A DNA stretch of 64,000 bases, taken from assembly GCF_049075655.1 (NCBI RefSeq), contig NZ_CP157522.1:1504001-1568000 (forward strand), read 5' to 3'. The DNA comes from Methanothermococcus sp. Ax23. GTDB lineage: Archaea; AGJL01; Methanococci; Methanococcales; Methanococcaceae. The notes under the pieces were generated by a model that worked only from the letters and a program-made list of their open reading frames with translations, searched no databases and was not told where the DNA came from. The translations under genes were made by a program, and so were the position numbers. Shown one piece after another: positions 20,522-32,375 of the stretch (within the stretch, counting starts at the first letter, position 1; each line of letters begins with the position of its first letter).

Positions 20522-23500
20522 ATGTCTGAAAAAATAACACGCGCTGAACTTTCAAAGTTACTCAAATATGATGAATTAGATTGGAAAGAAAAAAATGAGA
20601 TAGCTTTAATATTGGGTAATGTCCATGATGCTCGTGAAATCAAAAAAATAGAGGGATATATCTTAAAACTTGCTCAGGAAAAAAACTTAGTTATACGAAC
20701 AAATTTAATAAAATCCATACGTGAGCTTTTGAACAATAACATTATTGACGAGAAAATATTTATTTTACTTTATTACATGGCCAATTCATCTTGCGACATA
20801 GTATCTAAATTTGCGAAGGAATACATACATTCCATAAACACAAAAATATTAAGCATGCATGTCGCACAGCTATCGAAAAAATTGTATTCGTCAAATCCTT
20901 ATGAAATGATGTATGCCTTAATCTCCATTGGATTAATTTCCACAATTACGCCTAAATATGTGGAAAATATCCTTCCAGAGATTGTATATATATCCACCCA
21001 TCATGAAAACAAGATGGTGCAAGGTATAGCCCTTGAAATCCTTAATGAATTTAACATGTTTGATAAAGAGTATATGCTGGAATTCTTTTCTTTAATATTA
21101 AATATATACATACATAATGCCAAAATAGATGGTTCCACCACTCCTTTACCAAGTGATAGAAAAAAAATTCAAGAATATGTAGTATATTTATATTTTAAAA
21201 AAGACTTGTGCAGAGAATCTATTTTGAATATATTGGCGTTATTATCGGACCATGAAGATTTACTTATAAAATCACTATGCAGTATTACATTATATGCCCA
21301 TAGTGAAGCATTATTTAATGTATTAGAAAATAACAGCGAGTTAAGTGAGTATTTATTGGATAAATTAATAGATTTTATTAAAAATAACAATTGGATGATT
21401 AGAGTTTCTACCATGTTCTTATTTACAAAATTAATGCTTTATGATAAAATAAATATTAAAAAGGAGTATTGTTCGATATTTTTTAGAGAAGTTTTGTTTA
21501 ATTTTAATAACGGAGAATATCTCACAAAAGGATTTACTCTTGAAATGCTATCCATGCTGTTAAGAAATAAAAAATATGTAGATGAGGTATCTAAAATCAT
21601 AGAAAAAGTTGGCTTAAATAATATAATGAAGGAATGTCATTTATGCTATTATAACGGATTATATGTTGCGTGTGAATTAAATAAACATGAATATTTTTCA
21701 GCAAAGTGTTCTCCACACTTTAGAGATGATTTCCTTGAGGAATTTAATTTATTAACCTATAATAAATATATTAGTCTAATCAATTCCATAATAGTTTCTG
21801 TAAAAAGAAAGGTATGGTTGGGAGGTTGGTTAGATAGATATTATGCTGGAAAATATTTGGGAAATCTCATATATGTAAAACCCCATCATGCCAATAAAAT
21901 GATTGATATAATATATCAACTATTGGACGATGACAATTACATTGTAAGAGGAACTGGAATATGGATTTTAAGGCTTATAACTGAGATGGGAATCCCCCTG
22001 CCAAAAGACATCATATCAAAATCTATTGATTCATGTTATGATTGGCATTGCGGCAATAGATTTGAATATGCCTTATTCTATTACACATTAATAAAAAAGT
22101 TTCCCGATATAATTGTCAAAGATAAATTACTCCTTCAAAAATTCATATCTGTAATAGTTACAAAATACATTACAGATGAAAACCCCTATGTTAGACACAT
22201 GTGTATTACATCACTAAAAATTATAAAATTGGATGAATCAAACGAATTATGGGACTTAATTAGGTTGTTTAAGAATTACCATAAATTATCCATCTATAAA
22301 AGAATTAACTTACTTGAAAACGCCTGGAAAATGCTTAATCAGAGAAAACCCATAGTCATGTTTATTAAATCTATATTAAAACATAATATCGAACATGAAG
22401 AATACGACACTATTGAATCGGTTTTACTTAGGTTTGTAAATATAACCGATGAAGAATTAATGTATATAATACCAGAACTTGTCTTATTAAGGGGGAAATC
22501 AGAAGCTGCTGAAAGAATACTACACAACCTTGAACAGAAATACCCGGAGCTCCCCCATGATTTAGAGAAGTCTGAATTTCAAAATATTAACGAGCATATA
22601 TCAACGATTAGAATGAAAAAATTAGAGGAATTGTTAATATATGTTAATGAAGGCTATCTAATAAGTCATGACTTGCTAGATAAACTTAAAGAAATAATAA
22701 TTTATGAAGATTGTAAAATTAATGTGGATGTTATAATAGAGATTTTGAAGAATATGGGAAACGAGCCTGAAAGTAATAAGATAATTGAAGAAACATCTGA
22801 ATTAATGGAGTATTTAAAGGAAAATCTTATACATTCTAATGTATTGAATATAAAAGATTTAAAATATAGAGATTGGAAAGAGATATATGCGAAGTTGTCA
22901 AATACGCTGATAGATGGACTTTCCAATGTATTTAAAAACGATAGTATTGAGGATATTATAGAATCATTTATGTATATGTTAAACAATAAAGATTGTGTAA
23001 TTTTAAAAATAAGAATTGTAGATATATTACTTGAAAGTATATATACTAATGATGAGCTCCTAAAAAAATTATCATGTCATAAAAATACATTCCCAACGTT
23101 ATTGAGTTTATATTTACGTAAGGGATACCATCTTTTGTCAAAAAAAGCTTTAATTCTTCTCGAAGAACTATCGCTAAGTAATAGTTATTGGATGAAAAAT
23201 AATCTAATAGAATACTTTAAAAATAACCCGTCAAATTTTGAAAAAATATTATTCATTATGTCTGAAAACATTTCTACAAATGTGATGATAGAGATATTGG
23301 GATTTATTGAATACGTATTTAAAAACGAAATGGCAGTATGTCGATTAGATGATGCTGTGTATATCGTGAAAATACTGGAAAAAATTAATAATAACTACCC
23401 GTGGTTTTTATTTAAAAAAACCGTCGATGTTATATTATCCTGCCAGAGTATAAAAACAAACAGGAAGCTGGTTAAAAAAGTCGCTAAAAAGCTAATAGAG

Positions 23501-23674
23501 TATGCAAAAAATTCAAAAGACGAAATAAATAAAGAGTATGTGTCAATATATATGAAAAAATTGTTAGGCGTCCAAAATATAAATATAGAGGAGCTCGACG
23601 AAGAAGCTATTGAGAATATTATTGACATTAGTATAAAGAATAAGACAGCCAACAACAACAATCAAACAACTTAG
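20522..23674 (+). CDS. Large HEAT/ARM-like alpha-helical hypothetical protein (1050 aa)
   Basis: Repeated HEAT-like motifs (LLDDDNYIVRGTG, DENPYVRHMC, NNNWMIRVST). Confidence 0.7.
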   Translation: MSEKITRAELSKLLKYDELDWKEKNEIALILGNVHDAREIKKIEGYILKLAQEKNLVIRTNLIKSIRELLNNNIIDEKIFILLYYMANSSCDIVSKFAKEYIHSINTKILSMHVAQLSKKLYSSNPYEMMYALISIGLISTITPKYVENILPEIVYISTHHENKMVQGIALEILNEFNMFDKEYMLEFFSLILNIYIHNAKIDGSTTPLPSDRKKIQEYVVYLYFKKDLCRESILNILALLSDHEDLLIKSLCSITLYAHSEALFNVLENNSELSEYLLDKLIDFIKNNNWMIRVSTMFLFTKLMLYDKINIKKEYCSIFFREVLFNFNNGEYLTKGFTLEMLSMLLRNKKYVDEVSKIIEKVGLNNIMKECHLCYYNGLYVACELNKHEYFSAKCSPHFRDDFLEEFNLLTYNKYISLINSIIVSVKRKVWLGGWLDRYYAGKYLGNLIYVKPHHANKMIDIIYQLLDDDNYIVRGTGIWILRLITEMGIPLPKDIISKSIDSCYDWHCGNRFEYALFYYTLIKKFPDIIVKDKLLLQKFISVIVTKYITDENPYVRHMCITSLKIIKLDESNELWDLIRLFKNYHKLSIYKRINLLENAWKMLNQRKPIVMFIKSILKHNIEHEEYDTIESVLLRFVNITDEELMYIIPELVLLRGKSEAAERILHNLEQKYPELPHDLEKSEFQNINEHISTIRMKKLEELLIYVNEGYLISHDLLDKLKEIIIYEDCKINVDVIIEILKNMGNEPESNKIIEETSELMEYLKENLIHSNVLNIKDLKYRDWKEIYAKLSNTLIDGLSNVFKNDSIEDIIESFMYMLNNKDCVILKIRIVDILLESIYTNDELLKKLSCHKNTFPTLLSLYLRKGYHLLSKKALILLEELSLSNSYWMKNNLIEYFKNNPSNFEKILFIMSENISTNVMIEILGFIEYVFKNEMAVCRLDDAVYIVKILEKINNNYPWFLFKKTVDVILSCQSIKTNRKLVKKVAKKLIEYAKNSKDEINKEYVSIYMKKLLGVQNINIEELDEEAIENIIDISIKNKTANNNNQTT

Positions 23675-23724
23675 TGATTCATGGATTTATTAAAAGACCT
23701 TTCTATATTATACTGCAATTAATA

Positions 23725-25008
23725 TCAGAGCCCCGTAAATATTTTCTTCAAGTCAATATTTACATTTTCAACATATTCCTTTTGATTTTGCCCGTTGTGT
23801 TTTAAATTTATGGTTCTTATAAATAAATGTTCTTCCTCATTAAAGGCGTATTCTTTATTAAATTCTTTTTCGTATTTTGGATATAGTAATACTCCCTTTT
23901 TACAGTCGTATTTTTTTAAATAGGCAAACATTTGGTAGGCGTCGCTTTGATTTATATTGTAATTTTTAGTTTTATCGTCAATGAGATTTTTATATTTTGT
24001 ATCAATTATTAAAAATGGCTTGTTGGTGTTATTGGAGCTATAAACTACAATATCGGGCTTTAATCTAAAAGTGTTATTATTGTTTTCATCGGTCAATAGG
24101 TAGAGCTCACTATGTTGTAAGTGTATTACACATTCATTATTAAAAATTTCATCATAATGTTTTTTTAAAATAGTTCCGACAAATTCTTCAAATAAATAAT
24201 CCATGTTAAAAATTAAGGAAAAGGTTTTCAAATCCTTTGAATTTAAATTTGTTGATTCATTTAAAATAAACATTTTTGCCATTTCTATGTATGGCTTAAA
24301 CCTCTCGTTCATTCTGTTGAATTTTACTTTTTTAAAATCGTTAATAGTAATGGTTTTATAATCAATATCACTTAAAACAAAGCTTAAATCACTTAAAAGC
24401 TTCTTATTTTTTGGATTGTTTGTTATGTTTTTTAGGAGCTCTACGGCGTATTTAAAAATTTTATTTATTAAATTATTTTCTGAAAATTCCGCATATTTGC
24501 AGTATAATTTATGTTTATTTATATAATTATGTTTTATTTGCTTTGTGGTGTGTAGTTTTCCTTTTAAATATGTTAAATTTTCCTCTTTTTTGTTGTAGTT
24601 TTTGTAAATTCCGTTTTCAATCTCCTTTAATAAATTTTTAGCAAAAAGGTATATATAAATTTCAAATAAATCATTGTTCTTTGATAAATTTGCAAAATTT
24701 TCCTTAATTTTCAATTTCTTTGTGTATGAAAGCATATATAAAAGGTTGGTAAGTGCTTCTTTTTGTTTTTGTTCTTCGTTTCTTTCGTTTTTGTAAATTT
24801 TAGGTAGAATTTGAATTGTTGTGTTGTTTATTTTCAGAGCTCCTACAAATTGTTTTGCTTTTATTGTTTTATGCCCATCTTTAAAAATTTTTAATTTTCT
24901 GTTTAGTTTTATAAGTTTTAGGATGTCTTTTTTAGACATTCCGCAGTGTTTCAACTCCCCAAATGTTTTCCTTTCATGCTCAAAAAAAGTAATAGTTTTA
25001 TTTTTCAT
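23725..25008 (-). CDS. McrC-family restriction nuclease subunit
   Basis: IQILPKI, LKGKL, MDYLFEEFV, LKPDIV...IIDTKYK, DAYQMFAY, LLYP; overlaps/follows an McrB-like gene (unrelated to methyl-CoM reductase McrC). Confidence 0.93.
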   Translation of the reverse strand: MKNKTITFFEHERKTFGELKHCGMSKKDILKLIKLNRKLKIFKDGHKTIKAKQFVGALKINNTTIQILPKIYKNERNEEQKQKEALTNLLYMLSYTKKLKIKENFANLSKNNDLFEIYIYLFAKNLLKEIENGIYKNYNKKEENLTYLKGKLHTTKQIKHNYINKHKLYCKYAEFSENNLINKIFKYAVELLKNITNNPKNKKLLSDLSFVLSDIDYKTITINDFKKVKFNRMNERFKPYIEMAKMFILNESTNLNSKDLKTFSLIFNMDYLFEEFVGTILKKHYDEIFNNECVIHLQHSELYLLTDENNNNTFRLKPDIVVYSSNNTNKPFLIIDTKYKNLIDDKTKNYNINQSDAYQMFAYLKKYDCKKGVLLYPKYEKEFNKEYAFNEEEHLFIRTINLKHNGQNQKEYVENVNIDLKKIFTGL

Positions 25009-25018
25009 TTTACTCCCC

Positions 25019-27046
25019 TTATGTAATTACTGAATTTAATGCTTTTATAAATTCCTTCCCTTCATATTCTTTAATTTCATATAATTTTAAATCATCATCA
25101 ATTAAATCGTAATTTATTTTTATATTTGGTTTTTTATCATCGATAAAGCCCTTTAAAATCTCCTTTAAGCATTCCCAATCGTTGTAAAAGTATTCCATTA
25201 ATAAAGGTATTATTTCGTTATACCAAACAAATCTTAAATCATCTATATCTTTAACATTTAAAAAGTATGAATGCCCTATTCTGTGGTCTCTATCTTTTAA
25301 AAGTGTTATTTTAGTGTTTATTGTCTCCAATAGTTTTTTAAGGAATTCATCATTTCCTAATCTTTTGAACATTTTTTCAATGTCTTTTTTAGTGTTATTA
25401 AATTCCTCATCGTCGCATTTATTTTTCCATATCTTAATTAAACTATCCTTTGTTATTAAATCATAGATTGGCTCTATTTCTAGAAATCCAAATCTTCGCC
25501 TTAATGCTGTATCTAATAAGGCAATGCTTTTATCCGCGGTGTTCATTGTTCCGATTATATATAAATTTGGTGGCACTGCAAAAGGTTCTTTTGAATAAGG
25601 TAATTCTACTATCATTCCACCATCTTCTCCCCCTAATCGTTTATCCTTTTCTAAAAGTGTTATCAATTCCCCTAAAATGTTTGATATGTTCCCTCTGTTT
25701 ATTTCGTCTATTATTAGGTAATATTTTGGTGCATCTTGGAAATCGTCTTTTGTTAGTTCTTTGTTTTTGATTGCGTTTATTACTTTTTGTTTTATTTGTT
25801 CATAGTCATTAATATTGTCAAATTTAATATTTCCTATTTTTATTGAATTTTGATGTTCTAATGAGTATTTATCTAAATATTCAATTTCAATTTTCTTTAA
25901 TTCTTCAAGTATGGGATAAATATAGGAACGGTTTGATGCTCTAATGTCTGATGGTCTATTGATGTTGTATCTATCTAGCCAAATGTCTCTTAGTGTGATA
26001 ATGTCGATAGTAATTATTTTGTTATGGTTTTTTTCTAAAATTATTTTTTCATTACTATACTCGTCTTCTTCTAAATAATCCTTAATTTTAAATGATATGC
26101 CTCTTACAGTATTAAATACGCTTTCAGGCGGATATTTTTCCTTAAAAATATTCATTAATGGAAAGAAGTGATTATTTTTTATAAAATATACAACAAATAA
26201 GTAATCCAATTTTTTATTAAATCTTTGTTCAAGTAAATATTTAAATTCTGCAAATTTATCCAACACTCGTTTATAATCCCCCCATTTCATGTCATCAGAA
26301 TATTCAAACTCAATATCTAAAAAGTTATAAGCGAAGTCTACAACATTTTCATCAATTAATATAAATTTGTCAGGATATATCTTACATAAAAATTCAGTTG
26401 CTGGCTCAATGTATTCAAAATATTTTAAAAATGAAGAAAATAATTTCTTATTGTTATTTTCAGTTAATGCTAACCTTAGTAACTCATTAATGCGGTCTTC
26501 TTCTGCAAACCACCAATGCCAATCTAAATGCCAAAAATTTAAACTATCTAAATATTCACCATCTATTTTTTCATCATTTTTAACTCTATTTAATATTTTA
26601 CTAAACTCTTTTTTAGTATTTTCATACTCCTTAATTAGTTCTTTACCTTTCTCCGTTTCTAAATAATCTTTAAATAAACAAATAAGAAAGTTTAACTCCT
26701 CACTTAATTTAGTATCATTTAAAAAGTATGTTAAAGTTGTCTGTATTTTATTGTATTTGTTCTTCAAAGCTTCCCAAATTGCCAAAATACACATTTTTTT
26801 AAATATTCCATCTTCAACTTCATAAATAATATTTTCCATTTCAGTTTTTGGTTTTAATCCTTCAATAAACTCTTCGTAGGCGAATGTCTGATGAAATGTA
26901 ATTATTTTACTATGATTTATTTGATTTTCAATAAATTTCTTCGCTAAATATGTCTTTCCAACCCCTGGAACTCCATATAAAATTATTTGCTTTTTTCTTT
27001 CTAAAATTTTATCCATTTTATCAAATATTTTATTTTCAAATTCCAT
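25019..27046 (-). CDS. McrB-family AAA+ GTPase (type IV restriction) with a large internal insert
   Basis: QIILYGVPGVGKT, TFHQTFAYEEFIEG, IIDEINRGN, GTMNTADKSIALLDTALRRRF, IGHSYF, IIPLLMEYFY. Confidence 0.93.
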   Translation of the reverse strand: MEFENKIFDKMDKILERKKQIILYGVPGVGKTYLAKKFIENQINHSKIITFHQTFAYEEFIEGLKPKTEMENIIYEVEDGIFKKMCILAIWEALKNKYNKIQTTLTYFLNDTKLSEELNFLICLFKDYLETEKGKELIKEYENTKKEFSKILNRVKNDEKIDGEYLDSLNFWHLDWHWWFAEEDRINELLRLALTENNNKKLFSSFLKYFEYIEPATEFLCKIYPDKFILIDENVVDFAYNFLDIEFEYSDDMKWGDYKRVLDKFAEFKYLLEQRFNKKLDYLFVVYFIKNNHFFPLMNIFKEKYPPESVFNTVRGISFKIKDYLEEDEYSNEKIILEKNHNKIITIDIITLRDIWLDRYNINRPSDIRASNRSYIYPILEELKKIEIEYLDKYSLEHQNSIKIGNIKFDNINDYEQIKQKVINAIKNKELTKDDFQDAPKYYLIIDEINRGNISNILGELITLLEKDKRLGGEDGGMIVELPYSKEPFAVPPNLYIIGTMNTADKSIALLDTALRRRFGFLEIEPIYDLITKDSLIKIWKNKCDDEEFNNTKKDIEKMFKRLGNDEFLKKLLETINTKITLLKDRDHRIGHSYFLNVKDIDDLRFVWYNEIIPLLMEYFYNDWECLKEILKGFIDDKKPNIKINYDLIDDDLKLYEIKEYEGKEFIKALNSVIT

Positions 27047-27114
27047 ATTTTAACCCCTCTACATTTATAAAATGTTTATTTTTCATGCCTATTTGTTAAT
27101 TTCTATTTTATAAA

Positions 27115-27621
27115 TTATTTAACCTTATCAGAAATATCAGAATATGCCTTAACTTCCAAAAACTGAGCTATAAAAACCATTATTATACCAATACCAACAA
27201 TAGATAACAGAGCTCCGCAAAAATACAACTTACCAATTTTATTAAATACATCCATATTTACATATTTCGATAAATTTGTGTATGCTTTCTTTATAAAGTG
27301 AGCTCCTACTACAATAGACAAATATATTATTACACCAAAGATTAACAAATAAACCGCAGTATCAATGGTTAATAATTGCGGATTTGATAAATATTTCATA
27401 GCGGATGACCCAAACACAAATAAACTAAGAACAATACCGCTTACAAACAAAATATAAGCATATAGATAATTTTTAAAAATAGATTCATCGTTGTATTCTT
27501 TTGATAACTTTTTTAAAGTGATTAAAATCATAGAACACCCGATAATCGATAAAATTCCGCCAAAAGCATAGGATAATATATTTATAAAAGCCCCAAGATT
27601 TCCAAAATTGATTTTTTTCAT
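27115..27621 (-). CDS. DUF996-like membrane protein
   Basis: LKKLS..YNDESIFKNYL, IKKAY..LS....MDVF..IGKLYF.GA pattern; several TM helices. Confidence 0.7.
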   Translation of the reverse strand: MKKINFGNLGAFINILSYAFGGILSIIGCSMILITLKKLSKEYNDESIFKNYLYAYILFVSGIVLSLFVFGSSAMKYLSNPQLLTIDTAVYLLIFGVIIYLSIVVGAHFIKKAYTNLSKYVNMDVFNKIGKLYFCGALLSIVGIGIIMVFIAQFLEVKAYSDISDKVK

Positions 27622-27694
27622 ATTCTCCCCCAATATTGTTAAAAAATAAAAAAATAAAATAAAAAAAATGATAGGTAGCATATAATAGAATTAA

Positions 27695-29077
27695 TTAATA
27701 TGTTCTTGCAACTGCAATATACTCTTTTCCGTCGTATTCAGTAGTTCCAAGAACAGAAGCGTCTATTAAATCTTCAAACTCTTCGTTGTATATGCTTTCA
27801 TCATAAGGTATTAGGACCACTCCTTTTTTATCTGCAAGTGTTTCTTTTACCTTGTCTATGAGAGCTCCGCCATCATCTTCAATTATGGTGATGAATGAAT
27901 TTACTCTTTCACATGCTTTTTCTTTAATTGTTTCCATTATGGAGTTCATTATGTTGTTTATTTCATTTAGTAAATCGTCTTCATCTATTTGGAACTTTTC
28001 CCCAGAGTCTCTTCTATATAAAGTAATCTTTTTATTTTCTATATCCCTTGGACCCAATTCAATTCTAAGTGGAACTCCCCTTAATTCCCAGTCATTGAAC
28101 TTCCTACCCGGTCTTATGTCCCTATCGTCAAGTTTTACCCTGAATCCTTTTTCTTTTAATATTTTATAAATTTCTTTTGCCTTGTTCATTGCAATTTCTT
28201 CTTTTCCTTTAAACAATAGTGGAACAATTACTATTTGAATCGGTGCAACATTTGGCGGAAGTATGAGCCCTTTTTCATCTCCATGAAGTGCTATAATGGA
28301 GGCTATGACTCTATCGGATATACCGTAGCATGTTTGATAGGCATAGTCCTTTCCACCGTCTGCTGTTTCAAATTCCAATTCAAAGGTTTTTGCAAAATTC
28401 TGCCATAAATTATGGACTGTTCCTATTTGCATAGTTTTTCCATCTGGGAATATGGTATCAAATGCCATAGTGTATTCTGCACCTGGGAATTTATCCCATT
28501 CTGGTCTTTTTGATATGATTGTTGGAATGCCGAGCTCATCAAAGAAATTTTTATATATGCTTATTGCTTCCTTTACCTGATTTTCAGCATCTTCCTTTGT
28601 AGCATGGGCAGTATGTGCTTCCTTAAATGTCATGATTTCTCTTAATCTGATAAGAGGTCTTGTGTGCTTTGTTTCGTATCTAAATGTATTCACTATCTGA
28701 TAAACCTTTATTGGAAGGTCTGTATGCACTTTCATCCACAACTTCATCATATAGTATATTGATGTTTCAGAAGTAGGTCTTAAAGCAAGTTTAACATCAA
28801 GGGGCGTTGTTCCACCATGTGTCACCCAATAAACTTCATCTTCAAATCCTTTTATATGCTCCCCTTCCTTTGCAAGAAGGTCTTCTGGAATAAGCATTGG
28901 AAATAGTGCTTCGTCGTGCTCTGTTTCATCGAGCATGTTTCTTATTATTTCAAATGCGTATCTTCTTATTTTAAATCCATAAGGTAGATAAACACCGCAT
29001 CCTTTTATTGGATATCTTAAATCGTATATTTCCGCTCTTTCAAGTATATTTCCATACCATTCTGAGAAATTTTCCAC
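27695..29077 (-). CDS. proS: Proline--tRNA ligase
   Basis: [44 protein letters not shown]. Confidence 0.98.
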   Translation of the reverse strand: MENFSEWYGNILERAEIYDLRYPIKGCGVYLPYGFKIRRYAFEIIRNMLDETEHDEALFPMLIPEDLLAKEGEHIKGFEDEVYWVTHGGTTPLDVKLALRPTSETSIYYMMKLWMKVHTDLPIKVYQIVNTFRYETKHTRPLIRLREIMTFKEAHTAHATKEDAENQVKEAISIYKNFFDELGIPTIISKRPEWDKFPGAEYTMAFDTIFPDGKTMQIGTVHNLWQNFAKTFELEFETADGGKDYAYQTCYGISDRVIASIIALHGDEKGLILPPNVAPIQIVIVPLLFKGKEEIAMNKAKEIYKILKEKGFRVKLDDRDIRPGRKFNDWELRGVPLRIELGPRDIENKKITLYRRDSGEKFQIDEDDLLNEINNIMNSIMETIKEKACERVNSFITIIEDDGGALIDKVKETLADKKGVVLIPYDESIYNEEFEDLIDASVLGTTEYDGKEYIAVARTY

Positions 29078-29354
29078 TGTTTCACCTATGTTGATTAATA
29101 TAGATTAATAATGTATTTCTCCAAACTGTAAAAATACATAAAATACATAAAAATGAAATACTAAATGAAAATATAAATAAAATATTATTTAAATTATTTA
29201 TAAATATACCTTATAATATATTATGCATCATAACATAAACAACTATTTTACAATATGTATATTTATTATGGTATTTTATTATAACATTTATTATAATCAT
29301 TATTTTAATAAAAAGGAAGAAAAAAGGAAAGAAAAAAGAATGAGAGGTATAAAC

Positions 29355-32264
29355 ATGTCAGTTGATTTTGTTAAAATTGCGGAAAAATGGCAAAAAAGAT
29401 GGGAAGAAGATAAAATATTTGAAGCGGATGCTGGAAATCCAGAAGAACCAAATAAAAACGAAAATAAATTTTACATAACTGCGGCATTTCCATACTTAAA
29501 CGGAGTTCTACATGCTGGGCATTTAAGGACTTTTACAATACCTGAAACAATTGCAAGATACCATAGAATGAAAAATAAAAATGTTCTATGGACTTTTGGA
29601 TACCATGTAAGTGGAACACCTATATTGGGATTAGCGGAGCTCATAAAAAAACAGGATGAGCACACAATTTGGGCATACAATACATTACACAATATACCGA
29701 TGGATGACCTATTAACATTAAATACGCCAGAAAATATTGTAGAATATTTCTCAAAAAGAGCTACTGAAGCCTTTAAAAAAATGGGATTCTCATTAGATTG
29801 GAGAAGAAACTTTAAAACTGATGATGAAACATTTAAAAAGTTCATAGAATGGCAGTTTTTAAAGTTAAAGGAAAAAGGATACATTAAAAAAGGCTCTCAC
29901 CCTGTGAGATACTGCCCAAGATGTGATAACCCTGTGGAAGACCACGACTTACTAAGGGGGGAAGAAGCAACACTTATTGAGTATGTGCTCTTGAAATTCA
30001 AAACAAAATTAAAACTAAAATTAGATGATGAAAACGAAGAAAAAGAAATAGAATGCATCATGCCTATGGCTACGCTTAGACCTGAAACAATATTTGGTGT
30101 AGTAAATGCTTGGATTAACCCAAATGAAACATATTATATAATAAAAGTTTACGATGAGATTCAAAACAGCGACAGCGAGGATATAACGCTAAAATACAAT
30201 GGTATATGGATTGTCAGTAAAGAAGCTTCCGAGAAGCTTAAAAATCAAGATAAAAAAGTAGAATTAATAAAGGAAATAAAAGGAAGTGAATTAGTTGGAA
30301 AAACTGTAATAAATCCTATTACAAACAAGGAAGTGCCACTATATCCTGCAACCTTTGTTGAAACAGAGATTGGAACAGGGTGTGTAATGAGTGTTCCAGC
30401 ACATGCTCCTTATGATTATGTTGCTTTAAGGGATTACTACAACAGCATCGGCAAGGAATTAAATGACGATGAATTAATATCACTTATAAAAATAGATGGA
30501 TATGGAAAATTCCCTGCAAAGGAAATTGTAGAAAAAATGAGAATAAAAGACCAAAAGGATGAGGAGAATTTAGAAAAGGCTACAAATAAAATCTACAAGG
30601 ATGAATTCCACAAAGGTATATTAAATGAAAACTGCGGAGAGTATGAAGGCATCGCTGTAAGGGATATAAAAGATAAACTTACAAAGGATTTAATTAACAA
30701 AGGCATAGCGGAAATTCTTTATGAATTCTCAGAACCTGATGTAGTTTGTAGATGTGGAACAAAATGTGTTGTAAAAACAGTTAAAGGGCAATGGTTTATT
30801 ACATACTCAGATGAGGAATGGAAGAAAAAGGCACATGAATGCGTAGATAAAATGAACTTCATCCCTGAATCCGTAAGAGTGGATTTCCACAATAAAATTG
30901 ACTGGATGAAGGACAAGGCATGTGCAAGGAAAAAAGGATTAGGAACAAGGTTTCCATTTGATAAAAATTGGATGATTGAAAGTCTTTCAGACAGTACCAT
31001 ATATATGGCATACTACACAATAGCAAAGACAATAAACACAAACAATATAAAACCTGAACAGCTTCTTCCAGAATTATTTGACTATGTATTCTTTGGAAAA
31101 GGGGATATAACGGAAGTTTCAAAAAACACAAATATAGATGTCGAGCTCATAGAGGAAATGAGAAAAGAATTTTTATACTACTATCCGTTGGATTGGAGAT
31201 GTTCGGCAAAAGACCTTGTGCCTAACCACTTAACATTTATGATATTTAACCATGTGGCATTGTTTGATGAGGAATTTTGGCCAAGGGGTATCGTTGTAAA
31301 TGGATATGTGACAATAGAGGGCAAAAAACTTTCAAAATCAAAAGGTCCTGTTCTTCCAGTAATGGAAGTTGCTGAAAAATATGGTCCTGATGTTGGAAGA
31401 TTCTATATCACCACCTGTGCCGAGCTCCCACAGGATGCTGATGTTAAGTTTAAAGAGATGGAAAAAGCTAGGGATAATTTAATTAAATTCTATGAATTAG
31501 CAATGGATGTAAAGGATATTGACAATAATTTAAATGAATTGGATGAATTATCGACAATTGATAAATGGTTATTGCATAGAGCTCATAATGCCATAAAGAT
31601 AGCAGATGAATCTTATGATACATTCCACCTTAGAAAAGTGGGAATATTGTTCTATGGTCTTATGAATGATTTAAGATGGTATAAGAGAAGAGGCGGAGAT
31701 AACAAGAACATATTAAGGGAAGTAATCGAAATATGGACAAAGATACTTGCACCTATGACACCCCATTTATGTGAAGAGATATGGGAGCTCCTTGGTAAAG
31801 ATGGATATGTATCAAAGGAATCATTCCCAGTGGCTGATGAAAAATATATCGATGAATCCCTTGACTTAGGAGAGGAGTTCATAAAATCCACAATGGAAGA
31901 CATAAGGAACATTATGGAAGTTGCAAAAATAAAACCAGAAAAAATATACCTATACACATCGGACGATTGGAAGTATGAGATTTTAAAAATTATGAATGAA
32001 AACAGAGATAAAAATGTAAAACAGATGATGCCTATCATAATGAAAAATCCAGAGTTTAGAAAGTATGGAAAGGAGATTCCAAAACTCATAAACGAAATAA
32101 TGAAAATTGGAATAAAACCAATCATCGATGAAGTTGCAGTATTAAAGGATGCAAAGGAATTCCTTGAAAAAGAATTTGGATGCGAAATCATTATAAACGG
32201 CGAAGATAAAGCAAATAAAAAGAGATTCGCAATGCCACACAAGGTTGCCATCTATATGGAGTAG
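29355..32264 (+). CDS. leuS: Leucine--tRNA ligase
   Basis: FPYLNGVLHAGH (HIGH), ATLRPETI, SVPAHAPYD, KLSKS; start at ATG 29355 after GAGGT. Confidence 0.98.
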   Translation: MSVDFVKIAEKWQKRWEEDKIFEADAGNPEEPNKNENKFYITAAFPYLNGVLHAGHLRTFTIPETIARYHRMKNKNVLWTFGYHVSGTPILGLAELIKKQDEHTIWAYNTLHNIPMDDLLTLNTPENIVEYFSKRATEAFKKMGFSLDWRRNFKTDDETFKKFIEWQFLKLKEKGYIKKGSHPVRYCPRCDNPVEDHDLLRGEEATLIEYVLLKFKTKLKLKLDDENEEKEIECIMPMATLRPETIFGVVNAWINPNETYYIIKVYDEIQNSDSEDITLKYNGIWIVSKEASEKLKNQDKKVELIKEIKGSELVGKTVINPITNKEVPLYPATFVETEIGTGCVMSVPAHAPYDYVALRDYYNSIGKELNDDELISLIKIDGYGKFPAKEIVEKMRIKDQKDEENLEKATNKIYKDEFHKGILNENCGEYEGIAVRDIKDKLTKDLINKGIAEILYEFSEPDVVCRCGTKCVVKTVKGQWFITYSDEEWKKKAHECVDKMNFIPESVRVDFHNKIDWMKDKACARKKGLGTRFPFDKNWMIESLSDSTIYMAYYTIAKTINTNNIKPEQLLPELFDYVFFGKGDITEVSKNTNIDVELIEEMRKEFLYYYPLDWRCSAKDLVPNHLTFMIFNHVALFDEEFWPRGIVVNGYVTIEGKKLSKSKGPVLPVMEVAEKYGPDVGRFYITTCAELPQDADVKFKEMEKARDNLIKFYELAMDVKDIDNNLNELDELSTIDKWLLHRAHNAIKIADESYDTFHLRKVGILFYGLMNDLRWYKRRGGDNKNILREVIEIWTKILAPMTPHLCEEIWELLGKDGYVSKESFPVADEKYIDESLDLGEEFIKSTMEDIRNIMEVAKIKPEKIYLYTSDDWKYEILKIMNENRDKNVKQMMPIIMKNPEFRKYGKEIPKLINEIMKIGIKPIIDEVAVLKDAKEFLEKEFGCEIIINGEDKANKKRFAMPHKVAIYME

Positions 32265-32375
32265 TTTAATCTCTAAATATAATTATTTATTTTAATTATT
32301 TAATTTAGTTATTTTTAAGTATTCCAATTCATTTTTACTTCTTTTAAATATTTATACGCTAAAAAAGGTGGGATA

